This document shows, piece by piece, positions 28,619-37,917 of a stretch of DNA of 64,000 nt (the first letter of the stretch is position 1; each line of letters starts with the position of its first letter). Origin of the DNA: a bacterium (GTDB taxonomy: Bacteria; UBA8248); contig OZ253442.1 in the NCBI GenBank assembly GCA_965261085.1, positions 736,001-800,000 on the forward strand, in the 5' to 3' direction. Made by a program: the position numbers and the translations under genes. The notes beneath the pieces were generated by a model. That model saw only the letters and a list, made by a program, of their open reading frames with translations. It was not told the DNA's origin and did no database searches.

Positions 28619-28679
28619 GCTTTTGTTGAAAATCCCCTTGTTACGCAAAAGAGGCTGAGTATACATACCGCTCCTTCGG

Positions 28680-28704
28680 GTAGCCACCCCTAAGAGGTGG
28701 CTAC
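28680..28704. repeat. GTAG-initiated perfect palindrome (REP-like)
   Basis: GTAGCCACC-cctaaga-GGTGGCTAC in a divergent intergenic region. Confidence 0.45.
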
Positions 28705-28894
28705 GGCGTCAAGAGCTTTCTCCCGAACGCACTCCGCCGAGGGCCATCCTTTCGGTTGGGGGTCTTTCATACTCACGGGGGAAGCCGCCCGGGCCGGGGA
28801 GAATTTGCGCGTACGCGCAAGCGCGAGTTAGCCTGTGGATGGTTCTCGCAGGATCGTTTTTTTGCGTTTCTTTATTCCGGAGGAGTTTTGAAAA

Positions 28895-29332
28895 ATGCCG
28901 AAAGTGGATCACCTGGGTTACGCCGTGAGCAATCTGGATGAGAAGAAGAACGTGATGGAGGATTTGCTGGGTTTCCGGTTTCTGGAGAGGAAGGTGTATG
29001 AGCGGCCCGGCAACACCGCCCGCCTCGATTTCTACGAGGCCGAAGGCGCCGTGATGGAATTGGTGGAGGCGAGCAATCCCGATGCGCCGCTCAATCGGTT
29101 CATCGCCGCACGCGGCGAGGGGCTGCACCACATCTGCTTCGTCGTCGAGGATTTAAGAGCCACGATGGCCGAATGGGAAGCCAAGGGGGTGGAGTTCACC
29201 CTCGCGCCCACCTATGGTTCGCGCGGCGGCGTCATCGCCTTCACGAACGCCGCCACCACGGGCGGCCTCGCGATAGAGCTGGTGCAGTACGTCCCCGAGG
29301 GGGAGGAAATACCCGACTGGGCGCAGAAGTAG
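28895..29332 (+). CDS. VOC family protein (methylmalonyl-CoA epimerase-like)
   Basis: DHLGYAV, MELVE, GEGLHHICF.V and IELVQ motifs. Confidence 0.88.
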   Translation: MPKVDHLGYAVSNLDEKKNVMEDLLGFRFLERKVYERPGNTARLDFYEAEGAVMELVEASNPDAPLNRFIAARGEGLHHICFVVEDLRATMAEWEAKGVEFTLAPTYGSRGGVIAFTNAATTGGLAIELVQYVPEGEEIPDWAQK

Positions 29333-29860
29333 GGGAGCGTCTTTCATAAAGGCGGGCCTTGCGTGCGAGGCGAAACCGGATGCCGGGTGGTTCTACCGGA
29401 AAATGATGCGTGGATTCGATAAAGAGGGGAGGTGGTGTTTCCCGGTTTATTCGTATCCTCATGTGATGAAGAGTGTGTCCGTAAAGAAACGGTGAAGCCC
29501 CGCTAAAGAAATTGTAAAGCTTGTTCAAAAACACCTTTTTACGCTTGACAAGTCAGGTTCAATCCCCCACTATTTTACCCGGCATACAATCCATGTGTGG
29601 TCGGTTTCACGGGCTGCCCGTTGAATACAAGACGACTCTTCCCGAGAGTTGAAATAGGCGGGAACCCACTTTTCTTCCAAATCGTGGATTGTATGCCAAC
29701 CAGCCCGGACTTTGTCCGCAGGCTCGAATGAATCAATCCGCGTGTGGAATTGGGAGGATTGTATGGGTCATGCGGCTTCATGATGAGTGCAACCATCTAA
29801 AATTATAAAAGCGGCTTTTTGTTTATGAAATTGATGTCAGGAGTGCATTTTAGGAGATAA

Positions 29861-29874
29861 TGACCGTTTGGTCA
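29861..29874. promoter_or_regulatory. palindromic operator-like site TGACC-N4-GGTCA
   Basis: TGACCgtttGGTCA next to a GATAAT -10-like hexamer, about 95 bp upstream of the structured repeats. Confidence 0.4.
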
Positions 29875-29968
29875 AATGGGGGAATCAGTTGTTGCGGTGG
29901 AAGCGCCGCCGCTTGCGGGACGAGCTTCAAGAGCGTGTTCGGAACGAACAGGAGAAGACGGAGTATTT

Positions 29969-30066
29969 GGGGGTTACTCATTAACCGCTTGACCTCGTGG
30001 AGTCGCACTTCATTTCTTGTCGGATGGAATTCTTAGGCATGGAATGGAAAGTAATGAGTAACCCCC
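29969..30066 (+). ncRNA. structured repeat unit 1 (candidate ncRNA or mini mobile element)
   Basis: GGGGGTTACTCATTA (29969-29983) and TAATGAGTAACCCCC (30052-30066) enclose two hairpins. Confidence 0.5.
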
Positions 30067-30148
30067 TTCCTGTTCCGGCGCCGAGGCGGTGGACGGAGGG
30101 TGATTTTTCAAGGCGCATTCAGGGCGCGCAGGCGAAGAAGAAGAATCT

Positions 30149-30248
30149 GGGGGTTACTCATTAGCTGCTTGACCTCGTGGAGTAGCAAGTACCATTCCCT
30201 GTTCGAGTTGGGTCCTCTGGCGGGGAGTGGGAATAATGAGTAACCCCC
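30149..30248 (+). ncRNA. structured repeat unit 2 (candidate ncRNA or mini mobile element)
   Basis: Same 15-bp IR (30149-30163 and 30234-30248), same GCTTGACCTCGTGGAGT core, different long hairpin. Confidence 0.5.
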
Positions 30249-30635
30249 TCCTTCATCTTTCGGCGATGCGCGAGCGAGATTCAATGCGAAGCTGCGGAAA
30301 AGTTCCGACGGTTTTTTCATCAAGAGAAGCCATTCCGCGCTCCGGCCTCATCTTCTTTACCATTGCAGGTTTCGTACCTTCGATGTTAGCCGTTTTCGCG
30401 GTGGTCGGCAACAGGCCCGCTATCGGGTTCTCGCTCGATGTGAATGTTGGACGGCGTCCGCCCGGGTTTCATGTGGATTACTGTGCGGTTTGTTTCCATG
30501 GTGGCCGGCCATGGATAATGGATGGCTGCGTTCGGGGAGGATGATGATATAATTGCGAGGAAATGCAGCAGTTTCCCGAACAGCATGAAACAAGGATTTT
30601 TTCTCGAAAATAGAAATCCACGTAGGAGACCGGGA

Positions 30636-30941
30636 ATGACATGCTATCGTGTGGAAATCAAAATGAAGGTTCCCATCCTGGTGGAAAAGGATGCACCGGG
30701 ATACGTTTCGCATTGTCCACCCCTTGATATCTTCAGCCAGGGAAAAACTAAAAAAGAAGCCAAGGAAAACCTCATTGAAGCGATGCAGTTGTTCATCGAA
30801 TCCTGCTTCGAACGCGGCACGTTGGATTCTGTTCTCAAAGGTTGCGGGCTTGCTCGTGATGGTGAAAAAATCCCTATAAGGAAAGATGTCGATTCAACGT
30901 ATATCAACCTTCCCTTGGTAGCTTCCGTCGGTAGTGAATAA
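30636..30941 (+). CDS. hicB: HicB family antitoxin
   Basis: YVSHCPPLDIFSQGKTKKEAKENLIEA motif; AGGAGA RBS. Confidence 0.85.
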   Translation: MTCYRVEIKMKVPILVEKDAPGYVSHCPPLDIFSQGKTKKEAKENLIEAMQLFIESCFERGTLDSVLKGCGLARDGEKIPIRKDVDSTYINLPLVASVGSE

Positions 30942-31164
30942 ACTTTCTCCCGTTGATTGGCGCAAACTCGTCAGGATTTTCGAAGCCGTGGGTTTCAGAA
31001 TAGACCGCCAGCGCGGTTCGCATATCGTCATGGTGAAAGACGGCGTGAATAGGCCAGTTGTAATTCCCAGAGTGAATGATGTGAAGGTGGGAGTTATCAG
31101 GGCCAATTTGAGGACGGCGCGAATCACGCTGGAAAAATACTTTGAATTGCTGGAGAAAGCGTAG
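30934..31164 (+). CDS. hicA: HicA family mRNA interferase
   Basis: GFRIDRQRGSHIVM..RPVVIP motif; overlaps hicB. Confidence 0.9.
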   Translation: MNKLSPVDWRKLVRIFEAVGFRIDRQRGSHIVMVKDGVNRPVVIPRVNDVKVGVIRANLRTARITLEKYFELLEKA

Positions 31165-31227
31165 ATCTCCTCCCGCTCTTCATGCAACGACTAGCTTCCA
31201 TGCCTCTCGATGAGCCGCTCACCCGCT

Positions 31228-32241
31228 TTATGACGCCCCGTCTTCTCCCGCACCGAAAAACGCGGCGATTTTGCCCAGCGACGCGGGAATATCCACGTCC
31301 CACTGGCGGTTCGAGCCGCCGCCGGTGTGGGGCAGCAGCACGGCGTTGGGCATCCCGATGAGCGGGCTGTCCGCAGGCAGGGGTTCATAGCGGTAGACGT
31401 CGAGCCCCGCCGTGGCGATCTCGCCCACTCTGAGCGCTTGGGCGAGCGCTTCTTCATCCACCAGGGCGCCCCGGCCCACGTTGATGAGGGTGGCCGTATT
31501 CTTCATGCGCGCGAGCTGTTCGGCGCCTATCATCCCCTCGCTCTCCTCTGTGTGCGGGAGGACGAGCACGAGATAATCCACACGCTCAAGCAGGTCGTCA
31601 AAGCCCAGATACGCGGCCTGGTATTCCGCCTCCACGTCGGGCGCGTGCCGCGTGCGCTGGTAGTAGAAGATTTTCATGTCGAAGGCCGCACAGCGCTTGG
31701 CGATGTCCATGCCGATGTCGCCCAGGCCGATGATGCCCACGCTCTGCCCGAAAAGTTCCGCCACGCCCGTGAGTTCCGGCCAGTTCGGGCGGATGTTCCA
31801 CTGGCTGGTGGCGACCGGTTCCTGCCCCATCTCGCGGTAGACGCCCGCCTCGACCGCCTTTTGCCCCAAAATCGTCTTGCGCTCGCAGCAGAGCATGAGG
31901 ACGAGGGCCTGCTCGGCCACCGTGGCGTTTCGCATGAGCGATTGCGTGCCGAGGGGGATTCCGCGCTCACGCGCCGCTTCCAAGTCGATGTTCTTGCAGT
32001 TCAGCCCGTGTTTCTGGATGTATTTCACGTCCCTCGCCGCGCGGATGACGGCGGCCGAAAGCCTCGCCTTGTAGCAGAGGATGGCGTCGGCCTCGGGCGC
32101 GAGCGCCAGCAGGGCGTCCTCTCCTGCGGCCTCGGGGGCCGTGATCGTAAAAGGAGCGGCGGCTGGGTTCTCCCGCACCCTTTTCAGGAAATGACCCGAC
32201 GTCCCGTCGTCCGTGACGAGCAGGCGGATTTTATCGCTCAT
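31228..32241 (-). CDS. D-isomer-specific 2-hydroxyacid dehydrogenase
   Basis: GIIGLGDIG, LINVGRG, LDVYRYEP and LPHTGG motifs. Confidence 0.93.
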   Translation of the reverse strand: MSDKIRLLVTDDGTSGHFLKRVRENPAAAPFTITAPEAAGEDALLALAPEADAILCYKARLSAAVIRAARDVKYIQKHGLNCKNIDLEAARERGIPLGTQSLMRNATVAEQALVLMLCCERKTILGQKAVEAGVYREMGQEPVATSQWNIRPNWPELTGVAELFGQSVGIIGLGDIGMDIAKRCAAFDMKIFYYQRTRHAPDVEAEYQAAYLGFDDLLERVDYLVLVLPHTEESEGMIGAEQLARMKNTATLINVGRGALVDEEALAQALRVGEIATAGLDVYRYEPLPADSPLIGMPNAVLLPHTGGGSNRQWDVDIPASLGKIAAFFGAGEDGAS

Positions 32242-32420
32242 GTGCTCTCCTTGCGCGCTTGATGAGATGAAGGAACGAGGTGATTCTTACCATATTCGGG
32301 GCGGGGGTCGCTATGGGGGGGGCCGTCATACGCGCGCTCGCAAAACCCGCTTGAATCGAAGATGGGGGGTGTTCTAGGCTGTGGCTCCCGCCCGGGTGAG
32401 AACGAAACCAAGGGATACCC

Positions 32421-33902
32421 ATGTCGACGCTAAACTGGTTGAAAAATTCAAAAACCGTGGTCGCTTTTCTTTCTCTCCCGCTTATGGTTCGTTTTCTTGT
32501 TGTTTTGCTGGCCGTATTCCTGGCGGCTTTTGCAGGCGTCATGTTCTCTACGTGCATCCAAGGTTTGGTCGGCGGATTTCTCGGTTTACCCGAGAAAAAC
32601 GAAATTCTGAAATTCCTGGGGATCGGCATGGGCGGCGTCCTGCTCGCCATCCAGGCTGTAATGTCCTACATGCGCGCCAAGGCGATGGAGGGCGCGGCGA
32701 AAGCGCAGGCCGGAGCTACGAAGCAACAGGCCAAGGCCAACGAGAACGCCGAGAAGGGGCTGCGGCAGGAGCGCCTGAAAAACGCTATCGAACACTTGGG
32801 TCACGAATCGGACTCCGTGCGCCTGGGCGGAGCCTACGAACTCTTCCATCTGGCGCAAGATACCGAGAGTCTTCGTCAAACAGCGTTGGATATTCTCTGC
32901 GCCCATATCCGCCGAACGACGGGCGAGGCCGAATATCGGGCAAAGCAAAAGTCAAAACCTTCGGAGGAAATCCAAAGTCTGCTGACGCTCCTTTTCGTGC
33001 AGGAGCATGAAATCTTCAAAGGTCTTCACATCAACTTGCAGGGTAGTTGCTTGAATGGGGCCAATCTCGAAAAAGCGCGTTTGCGAGGGGCCATCCTAGA
33101 CAAAACTTACCTGCAAAGGGCTGATCTTTGTGAGGCACAACTGCAAGGGGCTTCTCTTTGGCGGGCGCAGTTACAAGGGGTGCGTCTGACCGTGGCAAGA
33201 TTACAAGAGGCTGTTCTACTCAATGCTCATTTGTGGGGGGCCGATCTCAAGGGAGCGCAACTGCACCGGGCTAATCTCGGTGGGGCGCGGCTGCAAGGAG
33301 TTGATCTTTCTTGGGCGCGCCTGTACGGAGCTACTCTTTTTGCGAATGTAATCAACGGGCAGCCGGAAAATGGGACGCAGTTTCAAGGGGCTATTCTTAC
33401 CGAAGCGCGGTTGCACGGGGCAGATCTTCACAAGGCGCTATTACAAGGAGTGGTCAGTAGTGGGCCGAAACCTTCCGGTGGGTTTGCAGAACGCATGATG
33501 GGGTCAATCAGTCGGGATACTGATCTATCTGGTGTGATTTTTTCGGGTGGGCTAAGCCAGGAAGATGTGGACTCCCTTGTCGAGGGCTTATACGATGAAG
33601 GAGCAAAGAGGTTGCGAGAAAAATTGACGCCCCACATCGACAAACCGGAAAGCCATGAACTACCGAAATACAGCGGAGCCATTACCGGAGCTTACACTGC
33701 AGCAGAAGCCGAGGAATGGATCGCGAGTATGAAAGGGCGATGTCGATGGCCGACTAAAGCGCCATTAAAAAATCACGCACTTCTTCAAAAGCATCGTCAT
33801 CGAGATTCCAGACGCCTTGTTGCGCCGCCACGCCGACGGAGTGATGTGGATTGGGCGTCGTCGTCAAAAAAGCGAAAGCGCGCGCTTTATCCGGGTTTTT
33901 AA
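32421..33902 (+). CDS. membrane-anchored pentapeptide-repeat protein (true 3' end probably about 33757)
   Basis: TM segments, ERLKNAIEHLG..VRLGG, many A(D/N)LxxA repeats; apparent 1-nt frameshift near 33724. Confidence 0.85.
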   Translation: MSTLNWLKNSKTVVAFLSLPLMVRFLVVLLAVFLAAFAGVMFSTCIQGLVGGFLGLPEKNEILKFLGIGMGGVLLAIQAVMSYMRAKAMEGAAKAQAGATKQQAKANENAEKGLRQERLKNAIEHLGHESDSVRLGGAYELFHLAQDTESLRQTALDILCAHIRRTTGEAEYRAKQKSKPSEEIQSLLTLLFVQEHEIFKGLHINLQGSCLNGANLEKARLRGAILDKTYLQRADLCEAQLQGASLWRAQLQGVRLTVARLQEAVLLNAHLWGADLKGAQLHRANLGGARLQGVDLSWARLYGATLFANVINGQPENGTQFQGAILTEARLHGADLHKALLQGVVSSGPKPSGGFAERMMGSISRDTDLSGVIFSGGLSQEDVDSLVEGLYDEGAKRLREKLTPHIDKPESHELPKYSGAITGAYTAAEAEEWIASMKGRCRWPTKAPLKNHALLQKHRHRDSRRLVAPPRRRSDVDWASSSKKRKRALYPGF

Positions 33903-34362
33903 TGGAAGTGTTCGGCGAAGCCTCCGCGCACGCAAAGAAATCGTCGATGCAACGGTCCACTTCCGAACCTTCAAATGTTCGACAAAGGAGCGTTTCGAGC
34001 ATCCCCGGAGAACTCTCATCGGGCAGGATGAGCACGCATACATCCGGGTTCCCGCTTTGCCGTACTCCGGCATTGGTAGGAACGGGCAGATTCACCTTCC
34101 CAAGTGATCCCTGAACGCTCTGGAACGTCGCCTGCGCGGACCCTTCTGCGTCGCGTACGATGCCGAGGCTCGTGATGGAATCAAAATTCGGCGCCTTCAC
34201 GAACGCCGGCAGAAAGACTCTCAACTCGTCTCCGCCCCCGTAATCCTGTATCTGAATATCTGGAAGCGAGAGATGCCTGATGAGCGCCTCAAAGAAGTTT
34301 CGTTGATCGTTGCCCTCGACGAGGAGTTGCTTCGGCCTTTCAATCCGCCCCGGCTGCGCCAT
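33754..34362 (-). CDS. DUF3226-like TOPRIM-fold protein
   Basis: LLVEGND, LGIVRDA, GMLETL and KARAFAFL motifs. Confidence 0.8.
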   Translation of the reverse strand: MAQPGRIERPKQLLVEGNDQRNFFEALIRHLSLPDIQIQDYGGGDELRVFLPAFVKAPNFDSITSLGIVRDAEGSAQATFQSVQGSLGKVNLPVPTNAGVRQSGNPDVCVLILPDESSPGMLETLLCRTFEGSEVDRCIDDFFACAEASPNTSIKNPDKARAFAFLTTTPNPHHSVGVAAQQGVWNLDDDAFEEVRDFLMAL

Positions 34363-34364
34363 GT

Positions 34365-35432
34365 TCAGCGCATCTCGAGATTGTATTTGAACGTCGCCTC
34401 GATTTCGTCGGGTCCAAGAGTGACACAGCGTATCGCTCCGTCGATGTTCTCGAGCCGGTGAACGAGAAAGTCCTCGGCACCGAGAGATTGATGAGCCGCT
34501 TCCATACACTCGAAACTATGCGTCGATGCGACAACTTGCGTGTTGAACTGTCTGGCTGCTTCATCAATCGCTCCCCAGACTTTACTCAACGCGGAGTGAT
34601 GGAGGCCGTTTTCCACCTCATCCACCAGAACGACGCCGCCCGGTGCGTCGGAAATAGCCAGGACCAGCCGTGCTATGCGCGTCATGCCCTCACCCATCAT
34701 CGGAAGCGGCACCAGTTCGGGTAGACCGATATCACCCCAAATCATGGGAACGCCGGATGCGGAATTGACTTCGACACTTTGCAGTCTCGATTCGACAATT
34801 CGCAGCGCGCTCACCACGAGTTCACCCTGTTTCTGTTGCCGAAGCTGACCGAGGCGCATGGCGTCTTCTTGAAGATTCCCGGTGCGCGATGAAACGAACA
34901 CGGCCCGAAACGGCAGACTCGAAGTAGATACAGAAGACGTTTCGATCTGAAAATTCTTCCCTGCCAAGCGTATCCAACCATCCATCCATTCTTCCCCTGA
35001 ACCTTTTTTGAACGAAAATCTAAGCGAGCTTTTGTTCAAAAATTCCGCCTCCAAAGTGCGACTGAGGTTATCAACAGGCACCTCAACTTTGGTCAACCGC
35101 TCATGCTCGGTGGCAATGTTCAGAGTCAAAGGACCGCATGACTCGTGAAACCCTTCAATCTGCACAATCCTCGCTATATCGAAATCCGTGAATATCGGCT
35201 TCCAGAATGTTTCCCAAACCGCCAATCCTTCTTCAAAGTCGATTCCACGAAACCTGTTGGCGTTCAACGCTACTTGAGGGTTTCCAGCAGCACTGCAAAG
35301 AAGGAAAAGCGCTTCGAGCAGACTCGTCTTGCCGGAATTGTTCTTCCCGGTGACGAGGTTGATTCGCCCCAGCCGAGGAATCTCCAAATCCCCAAACGCG
35401 CGAAAATTCCGTATCCGCAAGTTCTTGAACAT
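34365..35432 (-). CDS. AAA_15/AAA_21 (ABC-type) ATPase
   Basis: Walker A GKNNSGKT, signature MGEGM, Walker B VLVDEVENGLH, STHS. Confidence 0.92.
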   Translation of the reverse strand: MFKNLRIRNFRAFGDLEIPRLGRINLVTGKNNSGKTSLLEALFLLCSAAGNPQVALNANRFRGIDFEEGLAVWETFWKPIFTDFDIARIVQIEGFHESCGPLTLNIATEHERLTKVEVPVDNLSRTLEAEFLNKSSLRFSFKKGSGEEWMDGWIRLAGKNFQIETSSVSTSSLPFRAVFVSSRTGNLQEDAMRLGQLRQQKQGELVVSALRIVESRLQSVEVNSASGVPMIWGDIGLPELVPLPMMGEGMTRIARLVLAISDAPGGVVLVDEVENGLHHSALSKVWGAIDEAARQFNTQVVASTHSFECMEAAHQSLGAEDFLVHRLENIDGAIRCVTLGPDEIEATFKYNLEMR

Positions 35433-36045
35433 CGTCCCGGCTCCTAGGTAGTGATGCCTATGAAACGCAAACCGCTTCGATCATATTCTGTGCAATCACG
35501 GCATCGATATTCCAAGGCTAGCACAACTCGCCCCGCCTTCTAAAGAGGCTCGACTTTGAACCGGTGCAACCTATCTTTGATCGTTGACAAGTTCATACCA
35601 TCACCGACCCAACTCATGGTGAAGCGGGGTTTCACCTTATCATTCTCGAATTATCTACTAGTGATCACGCTAAGCTAGGACACCAAACCTCCCCGCATAT
35701 TCCGTCCTCGCGTTTTGGTAATGAGAATCCGATGGACTGTTCATCGTTGCGGAAAAGAAGGTTGGCGAGAAGGACATGCGCGCGCAGTTGATGGAGAAAA
35801 TCGGCGCGGCGTGAAGATGATTGAGGCGGCCATCGCAAGGGTGTGGGGAGAGGACGCCTGACCCCATCTTCTCCGCGTTTTTTTCAGCTTGTTTCACGAT
35901 ACATCGTGGATATTTCTCCTTTGGTCGGGATTGTTTTCTTCACCCGCAAAGTCTCTGGATACCGGATTAAAGGGTTCCGGCATGACGGGCGAAATCAAGC
36001 GCGCAGGCAATCCCTCCTTCCTCAGTCGGCAAACGCTCGCTCCTC

Positions 36046-37567
36046 GGGGTTGTTGAAAAACCCCTGACTCTATGCTTGGATGTATGGATATTACGCGCCC
36101 GAGAAGGGAATATCCGCGATGTTGGGACGCAAGAACCGCGCCCAGATGGATTTGTTCATCACCGGTTCGCTGGAGAGGTTGATTCCCGAGGATCACATAT
36201 TGGCCCGCGTGAACCGCGTTCTGGACCTGAGTTGGCTGCGCGAGGAAGTGGCGGATTGTTATTGCGCGGACAACGGCCGTCCTGGGATCGACCCCGAAGT
36301 GGCGGTTCGGTTGATGTTGGCGGGCCTTCTGCTGGGGTTCGTGCACGACCGTCGGTTGATGCGCGAGGCGCAGGTGAACATCGCGATCCGGTGGTTCATC
36401 GGTTACGGGCTGGAGGATCGGCTGCCGGATCATTCGAGCCTGACGCGGATACGGCAGCGCTGGGGGGAGGCCCGGTTCCGGGAGATATTCCGCCGCACGG
36501 TCCGTGCGTGCCTGGATGCGAAGGTGGCCAAGGCCGAAGTCGTGCACGTGGACGCCTCATTGATCCGCGCGGACGTGAGTTGGGAGAGTCTGGTGGAGCG
36601 TCACGTGGACGAGGTGATAGCGGAGAACCCCGTCGAGGAGGAGGCCGGGAAGAAGGGTGGAGGAGGCCGCCGTGGCGGGGGTTCCGGGAAGGTGAGCCGG
36701 ACGGACCCGGACGCGCGGCTGGCGAGAACGGGCGGGGGATTCGAGCCGAGCTACAAGCAGCACGCTGTGGTGGACGACACGCGCGGGGTGGTGCTCGACG
36801 TATCGGTGACGGAGGGTACGGTGAACGAGCGTGAGGTGCTCGAATCGCAGGTGGAAGCGGTATGCGAGGTATCGGGGCGCGCGCCCGCGATGGTGACGGC
36901 GGACTCTGGCTACGCCTACTCGAAGGTCTACGCGGCCCTGGAGCGCCGGGGTGTGGCCGCGCTCATTCCGGCGAAGAGGGAACCCTCGCAGAGCCGTGTT
37001 CCGTTGCGCCTGTTCCGCTACGACGCGCGGCACGACATCGTGAAGTGTCCGCGCGGCAAGATACTGAGCCCCCGTCGGCCCGCAAAGGGGGGGCGTTATT
37101 ATCGTTCGAAGACCCGTGATTGCGCGGGCTGCGCGCTTCGCGAGGATTGCCTGCCGAAGGCGTGGTCGAGCAAGGTGGTGTTGGTTCCGCATGCGTATCC
37201 GGCGCTGTTGCGCGCGCGCCGGCGCCATGCGCGATGGAGGGAGGAGGAGCGGCGGATGTACCGGCGTCATATGTGGCGCTCGGAGGGCTACCACGGCGAG
37301 GCGAAGACCTGGCACGGGCTTGCGCGCGCGGTGCGGCGCGGTCTTGAGAACATGAAGATACAGTCCTACCTGACGGCGGCGGCGATCAACCTCAAGCGGC
37401 TCTCCGCCGCACTTGCTGCAAGGTTATTCGCCCTCTGGAGGGCCTGGTCGGCCCGGGAAGAGCCTCTGTGCGTCCATCGCGGCCTCGCAAGCTGCGCGGG
37501 CTTCCTGTCCGCCGCCGCGTGACCCTCCATACCGCCCGCTCCCGAAACCGGGTTATTCAACAACCCC
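36046..37567 (+). mobile_element. IS1182-family element, copy 1 (1522 bp)
   Basis: Terminal IRs GGGGTTGTTGAAAAACCC and GGGTTATTCAACAACCCC; TCCTC direct repeat on both flanks. Confidence 0.93.
36080..37522 (+). CDS. IS1182-family DDE transposase (start probably ATG 36119)
   Basis: NGRPGIDP, LPDHSSL, HVDAS, ADSGY, Cys cluster, AINLKRL. Confidence 0.93.
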   Translation: MYGYYAPEKGISAMLGRKNRAQMDLFITGSLERLIPEDHILARVNRVLDLSWLREEVADCYCADNGRPGIDPEVAVRLMLAGLLLGFVHDRRLMREAQVNIAIRWFIGYGLEDRLPDHSSLTRIRQRWGEARFREIFRRTVRACLDAKVAKAEVVHVDASLIRADVSWESLVERHVDEVIAENPVEEEAGKKGGGGRRGGGSGKVSRTDPDARLARTGGGFEPSYKQHAVVDDTRGVVLDVSVTEGTVNEREVLESQVEAVCEVSGRAPAMVTADSGYAYSKVYAALERRGVAALIPAKREPSQSRVPLRLFRYDARHDIVKCPRGKILSPRRPAKGGRYYRSKTRDCAGCALREDCLPKAWSSKVVLVPHAYPALLRARRRHARWREEERRMYRRHMWRSEGYHGEAKTWHGLARAVRRGLENMKIQSYLTAAAINLKRLSAALAARLFALWRAWSAREEPLCVHRGLASCAGFLSAAA

Positions 37568-37917
37568 TCCTCACTCGCGTTTGACCCCCCACCGGCTCGC
37601 TTATGGGCTTGCGCCCTCGTCTTACCGACAATCCCTCATTCTTCAATCGGCAAACGCTCGCTCCTCACTCGGAAACCGCAATCGCTCCTTCATCAGTCGT
37701 GATTGATCTCAAGGGGGGAGTAATCTTGAATCACCTCAAGGAGGGAGTTATGACCCGCGCAATTGCCGCTGTCGCTCTCCGGTCGGTATGAGCGAGAATC
37801 CCGCGCGCGAATGGGAGTTTTCTCATCGATGAGAGGAGGGGAGAAAATGAAACGGTCGATTCGGCTCGGGCGGTGTGATCTTCCCATCTTCTGGGAAATC
37901 GCAAACGCTCGCTCCTC
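37568..37917. repeat. cluster of dispersed repeat modules between IS copies 1 and 2
   Basis: Two CAAACGCTCGCTCCTC motifs, two CTCAAGG(G/A)GGGAGT motifs, and blocks inversely homologous to 51666-51890. Confidence 0.7.

Noticed and set aside
29969-30248. CRISPR array or bona fide retron
   Set aside because: Only two units, with inverted rather than direct repeat-spacer organisation, and no cas or reverse transcriptase gene in the window. Kept as an unexplained structured repeat.
33724-33902. 149-nt antisense overlap of the pentapeptide gene with the DUF3226-like gene
   Set aside because: Adding one base near 33724 gives WIAEYERAMSMAD* ending at 33757, abutting the neighbour's stop. A frameshift or sequencing indel is more likely than a real overlap.
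36076-36834. Overlapping ORFs inside the IS1182 copies
   Set aside because: They recur only because the element is repeated; low-complexity Gly/Arg-rich translations with no evidence of function.
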